From contig NW_026515680.1 of NCBI RefSeq assembly GCF_025526975.1, forward strand, positions 372,001 to 436,000: a stretch of DNA of 64,000 bases, in the 5' to 3' direction. Origin of the DNA: Fimicolochytrium jonesii (Eukaryota). Positions 31,994 through 41,400 of the stretch are shown here, one piece after another. A program made the translations under genes and the position numbers. Every line of letters starts with the position of its first letter. Position 1 is the first letter of the stretch. The notes under the pieces are model-generated. The model was not told the DNA's origin and made no database searches. It saw only the letters and a list, made by a program, of their open reading frames with translations.

Positions 31994-33317
31994 CTATGCC
32001 CGCTCAACCATCAAGGTTTGGCTGCTGTTCTCCGCGTGGATCTCCGCGAGGTCGCTCGGAGCGACATGGCCCCGGCTGAGGGCCAGTTCAATGCTTGTTA
32101 TTCCGTTATCCTTGTAGGATGGGGATTTCATCGCCGCGGAGCGAGATCGTTGTCGTTGGTCGGTAGAGATCTCAGGGGAGTAACTGGCCCCCTTCTTCTT
32201 TTGGGACAGGCGATAGATCAAGAAATAGGCGAGGAAGTTGACAAAGCCTCTGAGCGGCGACATGACCGTCTGTGCCGTTGACAGGCCAAATGATGTCTCG
32301 CCAGTCGACATCCTATAGACGCGGTTGATTGAAGACGGCAACCAGACGACGATGGACGCAGTCAAGTAACATGCCGCTGTGCGAATGAAAATCATGCGGT
32401 ACTTGTTGACGCTACTTGTGTTGGCGTTCATTCTAGAGCGTTGAGAAAACCAAGGGCAAGTTAGAATCACGCACGGCGTCTGGTTGAGCAGGCTAGGGTA
32501 TAACTTACGTTTCCAGCGCTTTTGAGGTGTTCCAGATGTACCGGCCAGCCAGGGCATACGCCCCAATCTGGAAGAGAACGATCGTCCAAAGAATCATGTA
32601 AAAAAATCCAAGCTCGTAGGGTTTGTAGTTCGAGGTGATCCAACACCATAGCGTCGTGTCGCCATAAATCCTTCCATATGGTGATGGTAGCCCAAGAGGG
32701 AGCAGCGCAATGATCAAAGGCCAGCCAAAGGCGAAGGCGGCCAACGGAACCTCGTATCTTCTGAGGGTGGTGGTGCGGCCACGAAAGAACATGACTGAGG
32801 TGAGGAGAAGATTAGATTCGGTTCACTATTGGGGCAGCGCTCCGAGATAATCAGGCTTTACCATAAAGCAGGTTTGCTGCCAAGATGGCGGTCCATGTCA
32901 GCGACGACAGATCGCCCTCTTGCATGAGAACTGCCTGGAACTGGCAGAGTGGTTGGTCGGTCCCAAGAGAGACTGGCCTTCATGGATAAAGACATTAGCA
33001 GCCGAAACTCCAGGAGTGCGAATTGGGAAACCACCATACCATCGTCCCATCGACTTTGCGACAGCGGACATCAGGTCACCGACTGCCATGAAGATAATCA
33101 AGCGGGCAGTAGGGTTCCGAGCACTCTTTGGATTCTTGTAGAAGAACTAAAGGTATGCGCACAAAATGTCCGAGTGAATACGTGCGCATCGACGAGAACA
33201 GCCTGCGAATCCGGCAAAACTCACACTGAAAGTGGATAACACTCCAATGACAGAGAGGAAACTCGACACTCTGCCAATCCAGGCCAGTGTTTGGAATTGT
33301 TGGTCGGTGAAAGGCAT
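31994..33317 (-). CDS. 7TM GPCR of the cAMP-receptor-like (Dicty_CAR/Git3-like) class, multi-exon
   Basis: Hydrophobic exons: RNPTARLIIFMAVGDL, GWPLIIALLP, YGDTTLWCWI, FFYMILW, YLTASIVVWLPSSINR, PLRGFVNFLAYF. Confidence 0.85.
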
Positions 33318-34256
33318 TCTACTTGTTTGTTGTGGAGGTTCTGCAAAACCAAAAAGACCATGTTACAACTTCCGGCACGCGCATCGACACCACAACGAAC
33401 GACGAAGACACTTTACCTTACAAGCGGTTTGTTGCGCACGACGACCTGCGTGTGCGGATGACCGGAACAGACGAAGGAGGGGGGCTTGGGAGCCGCTATC
33501 CCTCTTTAAGCTTCATGGTGTCTGTCTACTTTAACCTAGTCCAACAATTGATCTATCAGGGGCGCCGTAGCGTGAGATCGCCACCCAAACGCCTGGAACC
33601 TCGGGCTGGAAGTTGGAACAGGGCTTTCTTCATCACGGTGATTTGTTTGCGGCCACAAGAGGGAAACAAGGTCAAACAACGCGCCGCCCATTTATTTCCT
33701 ATCTATTACAAGTTAAGGTACCCGGCTTTATGTCCTCGGTCCCTTCCTCGCCGCGGCGCCACACTCAACTCGTTTCAGGGATTCCCGAAAGTCCAAATAT
33801 AGTATCTCTCTCATCATGCACACACTGGCAACCGGCCGGCACTTAGGTGGATTCCGGCCGCCAACCTAAAAATTTCGAAGGGGAGAGGCGAGAGAACCTT
33901 CCGTCCTGCGCCCACGCCTTGTTGATTTTCAGGGCATTTTTCTCTGTGTGCATCCGTACGGAGTGAGGGAGGGACTTCGTCGCCAACATCGCGATCCGAA
34001 TTTTGATTGCCGACTTGGAACCAATGGCCACCCTCCCAGCGCTTGCCAAATTAATCCCCAGACGTGCCCTGCCGGCTCTAATTTCGAGAGTCAGAGCACA
34101 TTCGCCGCGCGTTGGACCAGGCAAGCGCGGCCGGTACGGTGTGGAGGTACCGCACGGACACAACTCCGACCGGGGCAGGAATGCGGCCACTGGATGCAGT
34201 ACACCCACGGACTGCAGGACGGAAACCCTCGAACCCTGATCGGAATTACGCGTAAG

Positions 34257-34610
34257 CTACCTCGGTCTACGTGAGGTGTACACATTCCGCGCCTGTGTCA
34301 ATGTGTACAGTACATCCTTCGCTACCCCGCAATTGGAGCATATGACAAAGCCCTGTTGAAGCTTGTCTAGATTGCCTCCGCGAATCCCGCAAACACACTT
34401 CCTATCAGCGTCATCATAGTCTATTTCAAGTGCACCGTCATGTAGATGCCCATCATGTTGTTCTTCATGTCCGTCATTCCCTTGACTAACGTTTTCGCTT
34501 CTCTCAAAATGCAGAGCCGTGGCGAACTTCTCCCAGAGGCCATCCAAGTTGTCTTCTAAGTTCTCCATTCTGATACTGCGTCTGGGATGCCAAGTTGAGT
34601 TCCGACCCAT
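34257..34610 (-). CDS. Short intronless ORF ending in a TFIIB/VLTF3-type zinc ribbon; probably a truncated fragment
   Basis: CVCG-x(9)-QGFVICSNCGV matches the C-x-C...G..(V/I)C-x2-CG ribbon. The stop comes ~22 codons later, with no cyclin-fold or VLTF3 C-terminal domain. Confidence 0.45.
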   Translation of the reverse strand: MGRNSTWHPRRSIRMENLEDNLDGLWEKFATALHFERSENVSQGNDGHEEQHDGHLHDGALEIDYDDADRKCVCGIRGGNLDKLQQGFVICSNCGVAKDVLYTLTQARNVYTSRRPR

Positions 34611-34709
34611 TTAAATAGGTGATAAGCCAAAGGTATCAAAGATTTGGGAGCCATCAATTTCAGCATCATCCGCATAAGGACAGAACAAGGACAGAAAAGA
34701 AAAGAAACA

Positions 34710-35324
34710 ATGCGGGTACACAACCCTGTGGGAGATGCAGCTGGCTTGTCGGGCGTTCCAAATCTCCCTCATTTGCTGACGGTGTACAATGTCAGGAAGA
34801 CTCTTGTGGATACTAAGTGCCGGAGATACGTCAGTGAGATACTCTCCAGTATACCAGACTCATCCTCTGTAGACATAGATTACTTGAACGCTAAGAGCAT
34901 CGCAGATCCCCAGTCGGTCTGTGACATTCTTTTTCACACTGAGTCGGCCCTCCATATACGTTATGACCTGATAATCGTCCATTACAAGAGTGTGCATCGC
35001 TTCGTCCCAATACTCTACCGGGGGGTGTTCCTGTTTGTCGTAGCTGGCGAGGCCCGGGAGGCGATTGACCTATTGCCATACGTCAAAATGAACGAGGCTG
35101 TGACAGGGACCTTCTATCTGAACGATATGCATTCTTTATGTCTTGCCCCGACAGTGGATAAGATAGGTGTCTACGAGAAAAGCTTCGTTAGGTACCTTCC
35201 TCACAGGTTCATGAGAAACGCAGTATGCCTAGCTCGGCGTTTGTTACCAGACCTCGCCACAGTTGTGGAGCCTCTGGGCGTGCCCGTCCGCGCCGTGCTT
35301 GATCAGACATTCGACCACCGATAG
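34710..35324 (+). CDS. Intronless orphan ORF (~204 aa) whose 3' end overlaps the antisense ankyrin array
   Basis: Protein-like globular composition from MRVHNP. The last ~15 codons (GVPVRAVLDQTFDHR*) are the reverse complement of the final ankyrin unit. Confidence 0.4.
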   Translation: MRVHNPVGDAAGLSGVPNLPHLLTVYNVRKTLVDTKCRRYVSEILSSIPDSSSVDIDYLNAKSIADPQSVCDILFHTESALHIRYDLIIVHYKSVHRFVPILYRGVFLFVVAGEAREAIDLLPYVKMNEAVTGTFYLNDMHSLCLAPTVDKIGVYEKSFVRYLPHRFMRNAVCLARRLLPDLATVVEPLGVPVRAVLDQTFDHR

Positions 35325-36324
35325 GTGATCTTTAAACGAAGCCTGTCGCAGCGTGCACGTCCGCGCCGTGCTTGATCAGATATTCGACAACCGAGACGTG
35401 GCCATACGCCGAAGCCCGTCGCAGCGCGTCGTCGTCCTGGGCGTGCACGTCTGCGCCGTGCTTTATCAGACATTCGACCACCGATAAGTGATCGTACGCC
35501 GAAGCACTTCGCAGCGGTCCATCGTCCCCGGTGTGCACGTTCGCACCATTGTTCAGCAGATATTCGACAACCAAGACGTGGCCGTACGACGAAGCCCCTT
35601 GCAGCGCGAAGTCGTCCTGGGCGTGCACGTCCGCGCCGTGCTTGATCAGACATTCGACCACCGATAAGTGACCTTCAATCGAAGCCTGTATCAGCGCGGA
35701 GTCGTCCTGGGCGTGCACGTCCGCGCCGTGCTTGATCAGACATTTCACCACCAATATGTGACCACTAAACGAAACACCTTTCAGCGCGTCGTCGTCATGG
35801 GCATGCACGTTCGCACCATTGTTCAGCAGATATTCGACAACCGAGACGTGGCCGAACGCCGAAGCCCGTCGCAGCGCGACGTCGTCCTGGGCGTGCACGT
35901 TCGCGCCGTGCTTGATCAGGCATTCGACCACCGATAGGTGACCGTGCTACGAAGCCCGTTGCAGCGCGAAGTCGTCCTGGGCGTGCACGTTCGCGCCGTA
36001 TCGGATCAACTGGTCCATGAGCGAAGGTTCATCCCACGTCAGTCGCGCTCGTATCCAACGCTCTCTCCCGTACAAGACCATAATCCTACGGGCCTTGGCT
36101 CTGAACAGCAAAAACTTCAAATTGATGGCCCCGGAAACCAACAGGTTGACGACGGCTTCCGCCTCATCACACCAAAAGAGAATGATGAGGAAAACGTCTT
36201 CTGTGAGAAAGGGGAGGTCCTGCGTCTTGTCGTTGTCGGCGGAGGTGTCTGCTCGGCGGTGCTTGTGCCCCGTAATAATGTCGTCCTCGCCGTCCGAATC
36301 TACGTCCGCTTGCGGTCCCTTCAT
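35244..36324 (-). pseudogene. F-box-like + 30-aa ankyrin-repeat gene, disrupted
   Basis: ATG at 36324, F-box-like LPFLTEDVFLIILFWCD, then ~8 repeats of type GANVHAQDDxALRxASxxGHxSVVEyLIKH. An in-frame TAG lies at 35947-35949 (..QRAS*HGHLSVVECL..) and a 17-nt deletion near 35350 shifts the frame. Confidence 0.8.
35275..36000 (-). repeat. 90-nt tandem repeat array (ankyrin units) with a 270-nt higher-order duplication
   Basis: A GCGTGCACGT-like core recurs at 35981, 35891, 35801, 35711, 35621, 35531, 35441, 35351 and then 35278 (a 73-nt step = 90-17). The variant GTTCAGCAGATATTCGACAA occurs at 35821 and 35551. Confidence 0.9.
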
Positions 36325-36988
36325 GTAGCGCGGAGTGGAAGCAGGAATAGCGGGAGGCGCAGTGAGAGGAGGAGTGGCTGTCAGTTGAAGAAGGAGCACT
36401 GGGAAAGGCTTCAAATTCAGACGTGCTCTGCGTCGAAGCAAGAGCGACAGCAACCCTAAGATTGTGCCGCTCGTATCACCCGGTTACCGTCGGATTCGAA
36501 TCATTCGATACGGAAGTTCCTGCAGAAAAACATCACGTGACCGAGTAACCATGTGCTTACTTCATGCTACCATGGGAGGATCACGTCCCGGCGAACAGGA
36601 GGAGCTGATAATGCGTACATATAGTGGGACTCTATATACCGCGTCGCAGGGATGACATCCAGGACAGCTCCGGCCGGGTATGGTCCTGATGATACCCGCT
36701 CCGGACTGTTGCTGCGGTTGGATAACCGATTTCACCCGGTCTCTTTCGATCCAGAAACTATTGCTGTTGAACGCCATGTATGTACATGAGGAAGACAAAC
36801 AGCAAGATACGTAGGTAGCATCATCATCATGTGTTTTGTGGTTGGTTCGCCGTAGTGGTTGAAAAAAGTTGGATCGGCGGGCGTTGTTGAACGCGGCTGG
36901 ATGTCGTTGTACTAGTCCTCAATATTATTTTTCTACGGTATGGACATGACGATTGAGTTGGGTAGAGCACATCAAAAAGGAGACGAAA

Positions 36989-37246
36989 ATGGACATCATT
37001 CGGGATAACGTAAACACACTGCGAGACGCTATTCAACGCGACAGTCTCCTTGAGACGACAGTCATCGATGTTTTCACCGCTTTCTATGTGGTGCTTCAGA
37101 AGCGTATCATTGATTACTCTATATCCGACGATAAACACTTTGCCTTCATTCTCGGCTGTATTCGGAACGTTCCACAGCCACAACGGAAACACTGGTTTAA
37201 CACTATGTTTACAACTTTTATGAGCGGCTCTCGAACATCGATGTGA
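36989..37246 (+). CDS. Small intronless orphan ORF (~85 aa)
   Basis: MDIIRDNVNTLRDAIQRDSLLETTVIDVFTAFYVVLQKRII... reads as helical and protein-like, with a GAAAATG start context. Confidence 0.35.
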   Translation: MDIIRDNVNTLRDAIQRDSLLETTVIDVFTAFYVVLQKRIIDYSISDDKHFAFILGCIRNVPQPQRKHWFNTMFTTFMSGSRTSM

Positions 37247-37463
37247 ATGACCCCAAATGGCTCCTACTCCAAGCAAACCTAGTTTACTCGTCGCCTTTGG
37301 GGACGTCATGCTTTCGGGGGCGCTCACGCGACAAGCGCGTTATCGATAACGACACTGTTGCTTTGCCTAGTTGGAGCATAGCTAAACTATGGTTCCGTCT
37401 CCCATCTTTCCTGTATCATTTATCACGGTCCCCAGTGGATATCATCGAGACAAGACAGTTGAA

Positions 37464-38343
37464 ATGTGGAGACATCTATCCGTGGAGTTGCAGTTGAAGA
37501 TTGTGGAGAACCTCGATCTTCAAGACATCCGGACACTTTCCTTAACAGATCGTAGAACGCATTCATTGGTCGAGGAACACCGGAGCTATATCATTCAGAC
37601 CCTAGGAAGGCGTGATCTTCCTACCTACCTCTCCAAGATATTGGAAGATCACCGCAATGCAGGGACATTCTTCTTTCCCATCTTTGATCCTTTGCCATCA
37701 GATCTCATGGCGCAATATACGAAACTTAAGACTGCGTATGCTGCCATCATCGGGATGCTACCAGCGGGCTTCACTCCTGAATTGGCCGACGGTGCTCTTC
37801 TGATACGGCAGCTCGTATCTCTTTTGGTGAAACAACAACGGTCAGACGCGGAGTCCAGTTGCTGTGTTTAGAGATGTGCGGCCGTAAAGAGTTCATCATA
37901 AGAGTGTTACAGTCGCTGGGGACATGCTTCTGGGAGTCTCACGTTCGAAAAAGGAAAGGGGACGGCGAAGGGCACAGGATGCCAGTAAATCACATCGCTC
38001 TGGGAGAGAAGCGCGATGTGATCACAGCTGCTTGCGGTGATTTGATGTTGATGATATCGGATATGCGCATACACTGGTCAGGTCAGCCATAATGATGATG
38101 AACCTATTTCGTTCTTTCGCCCTCAATCGTAACCGACGTTACCGTTGTCTTCTGAGATGGCGGGGTCTCTACGGTTGTGATTGGGTGCACAGCCGCCGAT
38201 TGCTGGATGACAGGCGCGGAGACTGGGAGGGTAGCCAAAGGCCTATCAGGTTTCCGAAGAAATTGGGGATAACCAGGTTATACGAAGGGACTCTCGGTTC
38301 AAGTGGTGTCAATACTGTCCGACTTGCTTGGCCTCTCTCCTGA
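37464..38343 (+). pseudogene. N-terminal F-box protein, apparently frameshifted
   Basis: MWRHLSVELQLKIVENLDLQDIRTLSLTDRRTHSLV is an F-box. The frame stops at 37871, but protein-like sequence continues in abutting or overlapping frames (37859-38092, 38092-38343). Confidence 0.5.
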
Positions 38344-38415
38344 GTTCCCGACCACGAATGTATTTACAATAGTCGCCAAATATACAAAACTTTACCGCCT
38401 CTATAATGTCCCATG

Positions 38416-41400
38416 TCACCATGCAACTCGTGGAGGGGTTTCTGGTGTCGGCGCGACCCCGGAATGCAGACGATCGTGCATTATCGGTGGCAGTTGCCTC
38501 AGCGGCTTTCTAATAAGGATCTCTATTTCCCGTTTCAACTCTGCAATCTCTTCCGCCTGACTTTGCACCAGGCCGATGATCTTTTGCCGCTCTAGGATTT
38601 CTCGTTCCTGGGGCGCGGAGTATTCGGCGGTCTAATGTGTGTAGGCGGTTAGTGTGTTTCGCCGGCGCCGCTCACTGGCTAGAAGGGAAAGCTTACCACG
38701 GATGACTGAGCGGTGTTCAGCGCTTCCTCCAGGCTTTGTTTTGTATCGGTGAGATCCACAAGGTTTTCCAACCTCAGGGTGTTCTCCCTGGTTACTTCCG
38801 TTAACCTGACCTTCAGCTTGTTGATTTGCAGCTGATAATGTTGGAACCATATCAGCTCTAAAACCCCTCAGATTCTAAATGGTGCCAATTTTCACGGACC
38901 TGAAGTTCCTCGAGTTCTTTCATGCGTTTTGCATCCTCCTTAGTGAGCTTCTCGCGAAGCTCGTCGGCGTTCTTATTGAAACCCATTCTTTCGAGTTTCT
39001 CGAGATCGATAATTTTTCCGAACTTCAGCATCTGGACATCTACCGCCCGAGCCTCGAGTTCATGCAGCTACGAAACGCATCGGCTTAATCCAAATGTTCA
39101 TGTGAAAAGCAGAGAATCTTCAATCATACTTTTGCTTGTTTTTCCCGCCGGCTCTTGATCAGATTCACGTGCATCTTTTTGAGTTCGCGATGCTGTCTCC
39201 TGATTTCAGCTTTTTCCTAGGAGACGCCACATATCAGTTCACGGTGAATGGTACGGTCGCAACTGTATCCACGTACTTGCTGCAGCTCTTTGATGCGACT
39301 CCTCAACCTGATAAGACCCTGATGCATGAAAACCAAAGCCCCGGACAGATCCGTTGGAAGGGTCTGCTTGTCGATGTACTGAATCTGATGGAGTCTCAAG
39401 GGCAGCACCACATCCAGCTCATTCAGCTTCTGCTGCTTTTGCGTCTGGAACTGCTGTATCTCATTCTCCGTGGCTTTGAGCGCTTGATCAATGATTTTTT
39501 CCTTTTTGATGAAGGAGTCGTTTTCCTTTTTCAACGCGTCAACGGCTTTCTGGATCTCCGTGAGACACTCCTCCTGGTCCAAGCGGTCTTCGCGCAGTTC
39601 GAGGATCCGCTTGTATTTGCTCGCGTCGAATTCTGGGGGACATTCTTCGACGAGGTCTTCGCCATCGTTATCGGAGGTCATGGATTCTACATCGTCCATG
39701 TCATCCATGTCCTCATCTTCCTCTTCGTCTTCATCGGCGTCAGCTTGATCATCTTCTCCGCCGTTATGATTGTTTGTTTGACCGTCTGGTTTGGCTTTTT
39801 TCTGTGCACGTGGAAGCCATCAGTTGGTCTACAAGCTCATCAACGAATAGTCACATGCTTACGAACCTTGCTTCGTTTGACTTTCCTCTTGAAGATCTTC
39901 GTCAGAAACTCCTCATGCTTATTGTTTTCCCCAAGCAATTGCCGGAACTCGTCATGGACTGTGCGCTCTTTCTGTATTACCACTTCGATATCCGCTTTCT
40001 TGCCATTGAGTTTTTCCTGGCATTCTTTTATCTGTGGAGGGGCAGGACAATGAGATCCGCATCATGCAGATACATGGCAATCAAAGTCATACCTTCGTGT
40101 CGATGTCTTTCTTCTCGCCTCGCTTCTGTACCAGCTTATCGGCGAGGAAATTGTCGTGCTTCTCAAACTCTTTTAGAAGGACCCACTCCCGATACAGAAG
40201 AAGCAGCTTGATATCCACAGATTTCAGGTCTATCACAAAGTCAAGTGGTCAGTTGACTGTGAATCCAAGCTGATGTCGTAAAAAAACGTTACCTTACCTC
40301 CTTCCAACAAGGTCTTTTCCTTTTCGAGGAGATGCACAGAGTTGTCAAAGTCGGCAACAGCCCTGTCGATAGCCTATGGACACATCCGGTTAACATCGTG
40401 ATAATATCACGCTCAGATACAGTCTATGGCACTAACCGAAAGGATCTCATTCCTCTCATAGGTGAGCCGCTTCATCTGCATCTCCTCTTCTCTCGCTTTC
40501 AACTTCGGTCCTTCGTCCAGCAACAAATCGTCCAGTATCGATGGACCTGATCCAGACGTTGTCACTCTTGACCCGCCAGCACCGGTATGCGCTGGAGAAG
40601 GTTGCTGAGCGGGCTCCTGCGAAGGACCGCCGGCAACATCCTTGGCTTGCGTTCCACCAGGCTTCCCACCAAACCCTCCAAACCCTTCTTCGTGGTTGCC
40701 CTTCTTATCGCTAGCTGCCTGGAGATCGTCTTGGCGCAACTTCGCAATATCTTCAGGAGTGACTTCATACCGCACTTCCGGGCGCGCAGAGAGCTACGAC
40801 CAATAGTGTCAGATTCTGTAAGGTACCGATGAGGCTTAGAAAGCGATCTCGTACCTCCATGAAAGGCGTCCAGAGCTCCTCATCTACGGATGCTCCGAGA
40901 GCTCGCATCTGGACGTGTATTCCCCTCAGACTATCATTTCCTGTCTTGATCTCGTCGATCAAAGCTCGCTTCTGCTCTCGAAGTTTACATACTCTGTCGT
41001 TAAAGCTCTTGAGAAAGAGAATTAGTCTAACCGCTCGAGGTTCTAAAGCAACTCAAATCGGCATAGGCCGTCCATGTACCTCTTTCAAAGAAAAGACGCT
41101 CTCTTTCAGGAGCATAATCTGGCGACGTTTTTTGTCGGCATCCACACGCTCGCTTTCCGGGACGATGTACTTCTCCCCAGTTTTGAGCTTGTAATCACCG
41201 ACATTTTGTTCAGCGAATCGAATGGCGGAGATGTCTCTAGCGTCCTCATAGTTTTCATCCGGCTTGGTGTCCATCAGTTCCTTCCACTTGATGGCTCTTT
41301 GTGCCCTGAGTTGCTTTCTTGCCTCGAGCTTGCTTCTCGCGTCTACGGGTTTCCCTGCGCCCTTCGCACCCGCACCCAAGTTTTCATTCGCCTTCATTTC

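Noticed and set aside
33843..34208. In-frame continuation of the zinc-ribbon ORF past its TAG
   Set aside because: The downstream sequence shows no cyclin-fold or VLTF3-like features and reads as non-coding.
35947..35949. TAG readthrough or alternative genetic code
   Set aside because: TAG terminates normal genes here (e.g. 2510, 4561, 50022, 53661), and the same gene has a separate frameshift, so pseudogenisation is simpler.
35275..36000. Regularly spaced repeats as a CRISPR-like array
   Set aside because: The whole 90-nt units are homologous and encode ankyrin repeats. There are no unique spacers and the context is eukaryotic.
33800..38400. Intact transposon, Polinton or virophage explaining the island
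   Set aside because: No transposase, integrase, pPolB or capsid ORF, and no terminal inverted repeats or target-site duplication were noticed.
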